Assembly: GCA_051294905.1 (NCBI GenBank)
Contig: CM119371.1
Span: 36,582,001 to 36,642,000, forward strand
Length of the DNA: 60,000 bases
Direction: 5' to 3'
DNA from: Botryllus schlosseri
Lineage: Eukaryota
Below the pieces are notes generated by a model. It did not search any database. It saw nothing but the letters and a program-made list of their open reading frames with translations, and was not told the origin of the DNA. Below, one piece after another: positions 11,709 to 23,510 of the stretch (the stretch's first letter is position 1; the number at the start of each line of letters is the position of its first letter). The position numbers and the translations under genes are program-made.

Positions 11709-13775
11709 CCGTAATTTTCCGAATACAGTGCGCCTCCATGTGTAATACGGACCCTTAAAATGACGTGTAAATTCTGGGGAAAAGCCTGTACCCATGTAGA
11801 GTACGCACCCTGCATTCGCAGTACATGAATAGTTGTTTTAGTACACGATGTTGCTCGGTTATGAGATGTCACTGTCGAACAATGATGACATAACCGTCGC
11901 TAATCATAATTAGAGCCCGACCGATATTGGATTTCAGAGCCGATACCGATTAGACCGATATCCAGTACCTCCACCGATAACCCCGATATATTCAGCCTAT
12001 TCAAAAGATATGGAATGTAGCTCAAGGCCCATATTTAACACCTCAGAGCATTTATTTCAACAACTTTACAGCCATTGATATGCTTGAACATGAAATATAT
12101 GATATAGGGGCTATATAAATATATCAAAAAAGCACCAATCCAGCAGTAGCAGATTACAGTTCACGAAGCACAATTTCTCGGCCCTTTCTCCAAGGAGTGA
12201 ACTTCCGTGGTCCTCCATAAATGATGTATATAGTACTAAACACAGTAAGCAGTCTTTCACTTGGTACCATAGTTAGTAGCACAGCAAGAATTGGAAATCT
12301 TTCTTCATTTCGGTTCCACTGCTCCCTTGCAGGGGATCTTTCCTTCATGGTTTCACTAAATATTGATATTCTTCTGGCAGTACACCTGGAGCCTTCAGCA
12401 CATCATTAACAAATAGCTGAAGAGAAGGAGCAAAACAACTCAAATTGTCCACGTCTGTAACTGCTCCACCCATCCCCTTAGGCCTTCACCATGACCAGCA
12501 TTTCAACAATCAATTGATCAATAATAATTGGCCAATGTCATCTTGGAATCAAAAATTTCCGTATCAATTATTGGCTTTACTCCACGTTTGCTTGATTTTC
12601 TTGCCCTCTATGCTCGCATATTTTCTATCATGGTGGCCCTGCAGGCCTCAGTCAGACGGCTTCATACATTACTGGTATAATTAGCTCTGTTGGTCTTGGT
12701 ACCGAACCAATAGCACTATCTTCAGAGAAATGTTTCCACGCGACGCTTTTCTCTATCATCACGAGGGTCGGTCCAGCATGATTGAAGTTCTCATTTGCCT
12801 TACTGATTGAAATCTTCTGACAACTCTCCATCCAACTGCACGCTGTCTTCATGGTGATCGAATACTGCAGGGGGAGTCCCACGAAGTCAGTGGGGCATAA
12901 CGGTGGTTAGTTATCTACAATATTTTTCAGATAGGCAGTTAGGCACGCCTACTGCCTGTATGCAGTATGCATTATATGCAGCTTGGCCATTTATTTTTAT
13001 AATTTACCGTCCTCACGTCTTCTATCGACTTCTCTGACTCCCTGCCACCATGTTGTGACGTCACGAAAATGGCCGATATTTTTTTACCTTCAATGGCCGA
13101 TACCGATATTTCTCTCCAAGCGTGATATCGACTCGATATTATCGGCGAGCTGATAATCGGTCGGGCTCTAATCATGTTACAATTAACGGCATTGTCTCTA
13201 AACGTGAGTAGATAGTAGCCAAAGCCTGTGAGGTCGGCGACGCGATAGCTCAGGCTAGCGACACACGGCATCTTGCGCACGAGGCCTATTACAATTACAG
13301 ATGCCATTGCTCAAGCCAACTGTTATGTCGGTCGCACCAGTCCTGTTGGAGATGCGACTGATTACGCAAACGATTATAGTTACGCACATGGCCTCTTGTG
13401 TATGCGATTGTTAAGGCATGTCGTTTACGCGATGAATCAGCAAGGATTGCCGCACACGCTTGTAGCAATCGGCGACCTAATTTCGCTCGCGTACGGACGG
13501 CAAATCAACTCAGCAAGAGTTCGCGTGCTGTGTAGACGACTCTCGTTAATTGGGAACACGCTTTTCGTTAATACGAATTACGGGGCACGATGGCTAGAGG
13601 TGATGCGCAATTGGGAACAATTTGTTCCGAACAAACATGAAGAAAGGTCTGATTCCAAGTTTTTGGTCGAGGGATATTTTTTTCAAGGCTTGCTGTACCC
13701 ATGTATAATACGCACCTCCCTATTTTAGGGCAAAAAATCGGTAAAATTTTGCGCATTATACATGGAAAATTACGG
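11709..13775. mobile_element. Non-autonomous Tc1/mariner(pogo)-like element
   Basis: TA|CCGTAATTTTCC...GGAAAATTACGG|TA: TIRs with TA target duplication; hosts a nested hAT remnant. Confidence 0.7.
11911..13170 (-). mobile_element. Internally deleted hAT (Ac/ZBED-like) transposon
   Basis: TIR TAGAGCCCGACCGAT, TSD ATCATAAT/ATCATGTT, CCGATA subterminal repeats. Minus-strand remnants of a BED finger (SVAWKHF) and the hATC domain (WNRNEERFPILAVL..VPSERL). Confidence 0.8.
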
Positions 13776-13978
13776 TAGGTATAGTTTATAGATGCGCATT
13801 TAAAAACCCAGTTGTTTGTAGAAGTCTGGTCCCAACGTCTCGAGATGATCTTTCTGAAGGCGCGTTTTCAGTTTGCTGCTTCTGTGCAAAAAATCTCATT
13901 TAATTCAGTTGCGACGCTACCCACATTCCGAATATTCACCCCAATTTGACCGCTGACCCTGTCCAACTTGTATTTCAG

Positions 13979-14978
13979 AAGCGAGTCTCGGAAATGTCCT
14001 CGAAACGAAAAAACTCAATCACCGCAGTTTCCGCGGACGCCAGCGACAAAACCCCCAGCCCGGCAAGCCCGAACCGCGGACCCTCGCCCAGCAGCAGTCA
14101 GGACAGCGTTCCACATTTCGACGCGTTCCCACCGCGAGACCCCGGGTCCTCATCCACCCCGCAACACGAAAGTAGCTCACCCGATTTAATCTCAAATTCG
14201 GGCTCGATTCAACAAAATTTTTCATCATCTCCAATCGAAAGTAGCGATAAAAATAAATCTGATCAAAATCCAATACCTAACGACAGCGCAGACGCTATCG
14301 ACATCTATTCGTCGTCTTACGCACACGAATCGAAATCTGAAAATCTAGACGATAGCATCGGGAATAGCTTGTCTCGAATTGGTGGCTGGTCAGCCCCGGA
14401 CGTTCCCAAAGAGAAGGGGGTAGAGTCCAGCAAAAGCTCGAAAGACAGCGAGCGGGCTTCCGCAATCAGCCGAAACGACAAGTCTTCTTTGGAGGAGGTT
14501 CACGAGCCCATAAAATGGTCCACCCCCGACAAACTGTCTGAAAAAATGACGGAAAAACGCGTTTTTAACGTCGACAAAATGCCGGAGATCTTTATAAGGC
14601 GCGAGGGGTATCTGCGTAAAATGGGGGACAAGTTCCACAAGTGGACCAGCCGGTGGTTTGTGCTACGCGGCAAAACTCTGAGCTACTATACCGGCAAAGA
14701 TTCCGATGAAGTATTAGGCTGCGTCGATTTAGCTGACGTAGTGTCGGTGACGCAGTACGACTTGGATAACGATCCCAGCTTTGCGGTGTCTCTCAACGAT
14801 GGCACAAAGCATCATATGGCGTCTAGCAGTAAGTCCGCGATACAAGGGTGGGCCGCGGATATCAAGATGATGATAAAGGGACCGGAGACGGTGGAAGTGG
14901 AGCCTCACGAAGACATTTACTCTCCGAACTACATCGAGGAGTATGAGATCATCACGGTGGCCAGCCCGGAGCCAAAAG
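13979..14978 (+). CDS. PLEKHM1: PLEKHM1-like large exon: disordered Ser-rich region, PH domain, LIR-like motif
   Basis: TATTTCAG|AAG...G|GTAGTG. PH signature REGYLRKMGDKFHKWTSRWFVLRGKTLSYY...WAADI. Confidence 0.93.
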
Positions 14979-15137
14979 GTAGTGATTTTTGGTCTGTTTA
15001 TTAGCAATTTTTATCAGTTCGATACACCACAAAAAGGGCGGTATGATGAAAAGATAGGTAAGGGTCGAAGCGACTTGGAGTAGCCTTCAAAATCGGACAC
15101 CCACCTTGGCCTAGGCGATGTACTGAGGAATGCACAC

Positions 15138-15781
15138 TAGGGCTCTTTTTTTCTCAAATCACACCGGCTACGTGATCAATTTTGTTAGATTACCTGATTT
15201 AAGCCTACACACCAAATTTGGTTCAATTCCAACCATTAGCCGCATTGCTACAGGAGAAGAAAGTCTATTTATTATGTAAAAATAAATAACAAAAAATTTG
15301 AAAATTTTCTGTTCACCCCATGAAAGTGTTAGGTTGTCTATAGAAACGATGTTCACCAAATTTAGTTGAATTCCAACCAGTACAAGCGTAGTTATTGCCA
15401 TTAAAAAATTTGAATTTGAATAAAATGGTATTTACGGTAGGCACCACTCTAATAAATAATTAGAGAATTGATCATCGTAAATACTATTTTATTCATAATC
15501 CAAATTTTTCGACGGCAATAACTCCGCTTCCACTAGTTTATATTGACCGAATTTGGTGTACATCGTTTGTATAGATAACCATACACTTTCATGGGGTGAA
15601 CACAAAATTTTCAAATTTTTCATATATTTTTATATAATAAATAGAAACTTTCTTCTGTAGCAATGCGGCTACTGGCTGGAATTGAACCAAATTTGGTGTA
15701 TAGGCTTTAATTATGTAACCTAACAATTTTATCAAGTAGCCAGTGTGATTTGAGAAAAAAATTCATTTTTGAAGAGCCCTA
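15138..15781. mobile_element. Foldback MITE with roughly 300-bp inverted arms
   Basis: TAGGGCTCTT...AAGAGCCCTA, TSD ATGCACAC/ATGCGCAC; arms are reverse complements about a centre near 15455; inserted into a LINE-tail repeat. Confidence 0.85.
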
Positions 15782-16504
15782 ATGCGCACTCCATGAAAAG
15801 TAAAGGCTGGAATTTTACGATTTCAAAGTCTGGATTTGAAACTCTTGACTTAATTTGTGTTTTTTAGATTTGAACTTTGCCTGAAATAGAAGTAATGGTC
15901 GGTAATTGATTGATCGGAATCGCAATATTTGATTGTGATACATTGAATTTTGACACAATACTGAATAATGATTTCTTTTTGAAACGGTGTAGTTGAAATT
16001 GTAATGTTTTGTGATCGATTGTGTTCGATTACAATTTCCGACCCGACCCCATTTTATAGTGTCGAGGGAAAATTGTAATTGATGACAAGATTCAAATTTT
16101 AAGTTAGTAGTCTGGACTTAAAACTCTGTCTGAAATCGCAAGTTACGTGGAATCGTTTGGGATATGCGTTTCAAAGTTGGCAATTTAAAACTTGTGTTCG
16201 TATTTGAGGCCCTGGCCCCGCATAACGTTGTGTAATTCGGCATTTCGACTCTACTGAGGAGTAACCTCCTTTTTGTCCCGTCATGGGTCGGTACATAAAA
16301 CAGAACTCACACCACCTTGGGACATATTTACGTAGGGATGGGTGCATTTGACGCATTTCGCCGGTTGAAATGATGGCGAAAGCACGATTGGTTACCTGAA
16401 AGTGATGTTACCCGGGTTTACATTTTTATGCGAGCTGGAAAATTGGTAAAAGACACAAGAATTGTTGTATTTCACTCGTTTAACTGATCGTGATGAGTGC
16501 GAAA

Positions 16505-17105
16505 CAGGGTTATAACCAAGTCACAAAACGAGTCACAATTCAATCTCACTTTATAGTTTCGACTCGAGTCAAGTCGAGTCTTTTTGAATTCACCACAGAG
16601 CCAAGTCAGTGGGCCGAGTCCGAGTCATCGTGTTTTGACTCGAGTCCAAGTCATTGTCGGTGTATATGCTGCAAAAAACATCAAGGACAAAAATATACTA
16701 CGTCCTTTCCTGTCCATTGTCTTCACGCTTCAGTTTTGAGTACAATCCAGTTCAACCCACTTTTATCAACCCTGCTCGAGTGATACAGAATGGCTCACGT
16801 TCATAATATCATAATTTTCCTCAGTCCCAACAGTTTCTGACCCTATTTGCCAAGTATCAAGACTGATAGACGAAATACCAATCACGTGGTGACTTTATTG
16901 TTCTTCGAAGTTACAATGAAATGTCTGTCGTGGCCGTCCTAATCTCGAGTCATCCACAGTGACTTGAGTACAAGTCGAGTCCTCCACTGCAACTCGAGTG
17001 CAAGTCGAGTCAATAGATAAATTGACGCTAGTCGAGTCATTTTACGCATTTGAAAAGATGAGTCGACTCACCAAGAAACTTGTGACTCGAGTCATTACAA
17101 CCCTT
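16505..17105 (+). mobile_element. GACTCGAGTC-rich MITE
   Basis: TIRs with perfect 8-bp TSD GTGCGAAA. Confidence 0.88.
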
Positions 17106-17236
17106 GTGCGAAAGCGAACTTCTGTACCAGAAAGTGATATCCGACTGATTGCCATCCTAGCTATGATATAAATTGGTGGAATAATTGATTTCTGCATACA
17201 TTGAAGGTGCCTGTTCTGATATCTATTTCTTTTCAG

Positions 17237-17386
17237 GCGGTAACACCAGCTGGTTCTCCTCCATGGTGGCCCACATTGGCAGGTTGCCCAACGAACGTGG
17301 CCTCGACACCCAGAGCTATCAGTGCGCGGACTGCGCGTCTCCGATCGGCATCATCCACGGCGCACCCAGGGTGTGCGGATATACCG
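17237..17386 (+). CDS. PLEKHM1: PLEKHM1-like exon (start of Rubicon-homology domain)
   Basis: TTTTCAG|GC...G|GTACGG; ERGLDTQSYQCADCASPIG...RVCGYTG resembles PLEKHM1 EKGLDSQGCFCAGC. Confidence 0.93.
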
Positions 17387-17714
17387 GTACGGCTTGTTAG
17401 TTCTCAATAGGGCTGAGCCGTTTGTGCCTCACTTTGTACTGCATACTTCGTATGCTGCGGTACTACCAATTTAAGTTTCAAGGCTCCCACAGCAGACAGC
17501 AACTCTTAGTGGCGAGGCTGCGCATAATTTCAATACTCGAACAAATGATCTCTCACTACTTGAACAAAATCACGTGCATTAATTCTCGATTCAGATTCAA
17601 GCACTCAAATCATTGTGCCCAGCTCTACCCGTGAATCAACTTTCGAACTTATGAAACGGCCTGAAATCGCAAAAGTTTTTTCGCTTTGTAAATTTACATG
17701 ACTTGACTTGTGAC

Positions 17715-18500
17715 TGGGGCAATTTTTTTTTACCTTTAAAACGGCATATTTTTACCTAAAAAAAATTTTGTCCGCGTGTATGTAAATTTGATGTTTTCGC
17801 ACGTAATGTTGAAATTGTACTACTTATCTTCATTTCTGGTTGGTAGTGTCTGTCCTTACGAAACAGTTCGTCCTGGAAATACTTTTTTGACTCCGAAACA
17901 GACGAATTTTTACATTGAAAAATTGTTATTTCAACGAAATCTGAAACGATGAAGAATTCAACCTGTTTCGTTGGACCGTTTATGATTCACAATGACCAGA
18001 CAATGGGCCGTCTACAGTAGGTGTCTTCAAAAATGACTTTTTTTCGCAAATCCCACCGTAAATATACTATTTTATTCAAATTTAGTGAACATCGTTTCTA
18101 TAAACAACCTAACACTTTCATGGGGTGAACAGAAAATTTTCAAATTTTTTGTTATTTATTTTTATATAATAAATAGAAACTTTCTTCTCCCGTAGCAATG
18201 CGGCTACTGGTTGGAATTGAACCAAATTTGGTGTGTAGGCTTAAATTAGGTGACCTAACAGTTTTATCAAGTAGCCAGTACGATTTGAGGAAAAAAGTCA
18301 TTTTTGAAGACCCCTAACAGTGGTTGGCCTGTAAAGTAGGCCACAGGCTGTAAAATGTCGAATGATAAGTTCAGCGACAGTGCAAACATCTACGATACAA
18401 ACGAAATGCAGGCTGCACAAAAATTTTGACTTAGGTCAAATATCGCTACAATTTTGACTAAAATTCAACTTATTTTGACCGATCAAAAAATATCGCCCTG
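17715..18500 (-). mobile_element. Deleted copy of the 33519-type hAT element with a nested MITE (18018-18316, related to 15138-15781)
   Basis: Ends resemble TAGGGCGATTTT; internal sequence shared with 7095-7787; nested ends TAGGTGTCTTCAAAAA/TTTTTGAAGACCCCTA. Confidence 0.72.
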
Positions 18501-18618
18501 ATTATGCCTTTTTGAAAATGACTCGACTTGAATCTTGTCCACAATCTTGTGGTGACCCGAAACGACTTGCCACTCCAAGCACCTAACACTAACGCACATG
18601 TATCGTTTCCTTCTCCAG

Positions 18619-18901
18619 GCCAGTACTACTGCTGGCAGTGTCACGTGAACGACGAGACCCAGATCCCGTCGCGTATCGTCCGAAACTGGGACTTCCGCAA
18701 GTACAAAGTCGCCAAGCGCTCGAAGTCCTTCCTCGAACAAGTGTTCAGCGAACCGCTGATCGACATGTTCGAGCTGAACCCCGGCATTTACAAGTACATC
18801 GACGAGATGGGCAAGGTGCTGAGGACGCGTCAGCAGCTGGTGCATCTCAGGTCGTACATGCAGACTTGCAGGAAGTTCGACATGGAATCGGTCGCTAAAA
18901 A
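18619..18901 (+). CDS. PLEKHM1: PLEKHM1-like exon (Rubicon-homology domain)
   Basis: CTCCAG|GC...AA|GTAAGT; GQYYCWQCHVNDETQIPSRIVRNWDF...YMQTCR. Confidence 0.95.
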
Positions 18902-20008
18902 GTAAGTGGATAGTAACTATAAGACAGTATTGTACGCTATAGTAGTTGGAAGATTTTTTTTTCAAATTTTAGTGCTTGAATAGTACATTCATATTGAAAT
19001 GAACCCGAATATTTTTGGCCGACACTCGTCAGAGGTTATCGTCAGCGACTAGTAGAGAGAATTGGAAAGAACATCGTATATCAACAATCGTATCACAAAA
19101 TATGACGTCACCAGCACGAAATTTCGAATACGAGAGCTTTCAATGTACTATTTTTTAGATGGCACACGAACTCTTTTTGTTGACACAGCCTTAGCAGGTG
19201 TATTTCGATAAAAGCAGACTCCGAGGCACACAAATGAAAGCGTTGAGGTTTTGTACCTTCAAGAATCTCTTAAAATTTTGATAGGCTGCATAATATAGAA
19301 AAAATGCGTATAATATAATTTAATAATAGTATAATTTGGCTCCTTTCCCACCTGCGGAAGTGTAGTTGTTAGAGTTGAAGTTTTTGGATTTATCTCAAAA
19401 AAGCAAGGTTTTTTAAAATTTCGCTGGCTACCCCATGAAGTTGTTAGATTGCCTAAAAAGTGATGCATGCGTAGCAAATTTGGCTCAGTTCCGCTCAGTA
19501 GAAGCGAAGATATCGGAATCCGCGAGATGACTTGGAGAAATGTCATTTTTCGGACTCCACTCCCGAAATTTTCGTATTTAGTCAATTCGACTCACATTTC
19601 GCGTAATTTGTGGTATTTTGAGCTAAATCGGAATTATGAAATTGTCAAAAAAGAAGACATTTTGGCGAAGCGAAGAGATTTTTTGAGAAGGAAGACAAAT
19701 CCTAAAGCAGGACATATAGTTACTCTATTGTTACTCTTGACTCGAAGCGAAATTTTTGAGTCAATTTCAAGTCTGCCTGGTAATAGGTGTCCACTAAATA
19801 ATCGCTGTACCTGTACTTCCATGTTCTTGATACGCCAATGTAACATGGGAGAGAAACCTGTCATTCGGCCCGACTTGATTTGAGTCACCTTCGCAAATCG
19901 AGTGTCTTGACTTGACTCGAGTCGAAATGTGCCTCGATATGACTTGCGATACGAAGATAGTGACTCGATCCAGACACTGCTTTAAACATCCTTTCTGATT
20001 ATTCGCAG

Positions 20009-20357
20009 ACTCGGTTCGAGACCCCACTTTCTCGAAAACAGCCATCTCTACTCGGTACAGGACTTGTGCGCAGTATACGATCGCTCTCTGGCCGGCGAAA
20101 TCGGCAAAATAGTCGCTCAAGGCATCAAGCACGCATACGGCTGTTCGCTGTGCGCCGCGAAAGGCTTCTACTGTGAAATTTGCGGCAGCGACAAGGTGAT
20201 ATTCCCGTTCGAGACTGACGCGACCGTGCAGTGTTTCGAGTGTAAGGGTTTGTTTCACCGGGACTGCAAGAACGAAGGGTGCCCGCGGTGTGAAAGACGT
20301 CAACGGCGTTTGTTAGCGGAGATGGAGAACCAAGCCGTGGGCTCAGAGTCTGATTGA
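20009..20357 (+). CDS. PLEKHM1: PLEKHM1-like terminal coding exon (RH domain end, C1-like zinc finger)
   Basis: TTCGCAG|A; HLYSVQDL...HAYGCSLCAAKGFYCEIC...IFPFE...QCFECKGLFHRDC...CPRC; stop TGA at 20355-20357. Confidence 0.95.
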
Positions 20358-23300
20358 GTTAACCCATGGGTATTAATAATAAGACGGTCGTCTATTATGG
20401 AGTGTTGATTTCGACGCACACACGCAATGATTTACTGATTGCAAGACATGGAAAACCAAGTCATAGGTCCTCCGATATCTGCTGATATCCGGTGATATTC
20501 TATTACGTGGTGCTGATTACCACGGACACAAGCCTTGATTTACTGATTGCAAGAGATGGTGAATCAACCCTTGTAATCTGGCTGAGTCAACCCATGGATA
20601 CAGATATTCAGCGCCCTTTAAATTGCGGGTGCCGAATTCAATGGCCGCGGGCAATGATTTACTGATTTTCAACTATTAAATCCTAAATGTGAAACCTTGT
20701 GCCTCACCCCTACTCCCAGATACTTGATTGACTGTGGATTAATTTTTTGTTTGGATAAACATAGTCTCAACTCTTGCCCCCCATATATTATATCCTAGAT
20801 GTGAAACCTTGTTCCTCACCCTTGCTATCTGATACAAATCAATTATTGTCTGCACAATCACATTCTTGGATCTACTCAACCTCGGCTCAATTCTAATCCC
20901 TCTATTCAAACCAGGTTTGAAACCTGGCTTAATTTTATCCCTTTCTACTCAACCCAGGCTTGATTTCCCATCGTCTATTCAGACCCAGCTTTAACACATC
21001 TCGATAGTGACCCTACCGGAGTACATGACCTCGTCCTACTCTGAATCCCAAACTGGGCTTAACTGCCGGTGTGCTGCTTTGTTTACTGACACTTGTAATG
21101 CAACATCCGAACGAATTTGTGCCTCACTCAATTTTTCTATTGTTTTTGGTACTTTTGATTCTTTATCATGTTACGCCAACTGACTATTTATTGTTTTTCT
21201 TTCCGATATATTGTCTCTTACTGTCTTACATCTGTCGCAGCCACCATACGGAGTGGACTTATTTCTCGTGTTGAACTGCTCCGAAATGTTTTGAACCAAT
21301 GCGGCAGACAAGTGGCACTTGTGTCCAGCTACTGCGTGAATCATATATACACGTTACGGATAGATTTGAATTGATCATCGCTAATATGGGATATGGAGGA
21401 GGTGACGTAATACTGAGGACTTGAAGAAAGCTAGGCAGGCAGTGGTACAGGGATGTCAAACATTAGTACCCCAAAATGTAATATTCTCTCGGAAAGATTC
21501 CTAATATTCGATCCTGAATCAGTTGACTAAACTATGCTCGATTTATGTCAGTCATATTCGTTTCCGGCCACCTCTGTGGGCAGATATATCAAAATCAGCG
21601 AGCCTAGCGGAAATTACGAGAACAACACCTAGCGTGAGCGCAGGTACTACTTAAAATGCATCCAGCCTCTATGGACTTTGTACTTATCGGCCTATAGTGA
21701 GGGAAACTTATGAAAATCTGTGAACTATATTGTTACCAATCAATTTCTTCACCAATATGTTTTTTAAGGTGTGTAATAACATGTGATAAAATGTTGAAGT
21801 TCAACTCTTGTGGGAAACCCCCCCAAAAAGCTGTTAAATTTGACGAATTAAAAAAAAATTAAAATTAAAATTAAAAAATCTTTATCGCCCATAACTTACT
21901 TAGGACGGGTTTGGACGGAATGGTTTTCCATATGTTTCTCAATTGATCGTTAACACTTATATTTCACTACAGGCTCTGCTTTGTGAAAAACGCCACACCC
22001 ACTTCTATATTCATGCGCAAAATAGTCTTTATTTCGCATAGTCATCTTCACTGAAGAGGTTGCTTAATTCTCACGCACAATATCCGGCATTTCAACAGGC
22101 AATGCCTGTGCCTTCATCGGACTCAACATCATCGTGACTGCAATTTTTGCATTGTAAGGCCTTTACATAGGCCTACTCCACAGGTCGAAATGCACGTGAC
22201 CTCATTCTTCTTGCAGCTGTACATTCGGTCGCTGCAATCTCTATGACAACTACAGCTTGTGAACTGCAATAGCTCATCAGGAGCCAACGGTTCCAGTGTT
22301 GGAACTGGCTCATATCCATTCACGCCTATTGTCCATCCGTAATCGCTGGGATTCGGAGACATGTTCTGTAAAATAATCCAATCTTGGGTCTGCAGGTACT
22401 CGCAGAGTGAACGTTGTGCAGCTGCACCCTCTGTTAGAGGCAGTGTCTCTGGTTTGATCACTCATGCCGCTGTCTTCCTCGAGAACATGTTGTATCTTTT
22501 GGTGAACTGTTGTAACTATCAAAGACCACAATGACATTCTTAAAGCAACGGCCCAGATACCGCACGTAGCTTGGGTAATTGTTGGCAACACCCTGTCATG
22601 TCTGACGTTGTTCCCACTTCACGATGTACAGAAGCCATCCACCATCAATTATGAGGGTACAGCATGGTTGGTTAGTACAGTCAAGTGGCCTACAGGGTTG
22701 TATTCGAAAATTCTGCATTGGTAGCCTTTGTTGCTGAACAGGGACAGGGGGAAAGGAGTGAACTCATGCTGTAAGCTTGTCGCAGCATCCGTATCCCGCT
22801 GGGTAAAAATGATCAGTGGGTTGGACAACTTCAATGAGTCAATGTGAATGTTTTACTCGTAAACCTTAAGACATTTTCTTTGGGATGACAGGGCTTTCAC
22901 CTTTGATATGAAAACTATGGTCGACGTCACTGACTTTCCATCCAGGTTGATCTGCATGGCCATCCTAACTTAAGCAGCACCCTCAGTATTTCGACTACGT
23001 CATCACCCGTACTTGTGAATCCAGTTGAGAAATACATGAGCAACCCCTTTTATCCATCGTTGACGAATGACTTCATTTCCTCAAACCATTTTAAGTCATT
23101 TTCAATGGCCCCTGCATCTCGCTTCATCTGTGTTTTAGAAAGGTCTCTGTGAACGAGTAGGCCTACATGTCTCCTGACGTCCTCCTATATTCGCCGGTTG
23201 ACATCTGACAGTTGACTGAGAGTGATCACCCAACATCTGTGCCCGGAAAAGCTGTTGCTCATTCTTCCTCTGCTCGGTTCACCAACGTGTTTCCCGTGGG

Positions 23301-23510
23301 CGCAGAAGTTCTAATGCAGTGGTTCTGAAACTGGGGGTGGGGTTGGGAAGGTATCTGAGGGGAGGGACGAAGCAGCCTGAGAGAAATGATTTTATCTAAC
23401 TCGAATGGGTTTAATTTGTGCTGAAACTTCCAAGTTTCAACAATGGCAATAATCCAAATTAGGCCCACGTTGCGATTTGAAATGTCATAATTCCACCGTA
23501 CCATCCAAAC

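Noticed and set aside
13273..13728. 151-aa ORF
   Set aside because: Lies inside a non-autonomous TA-flanked element; no transposase or other motif recognised.
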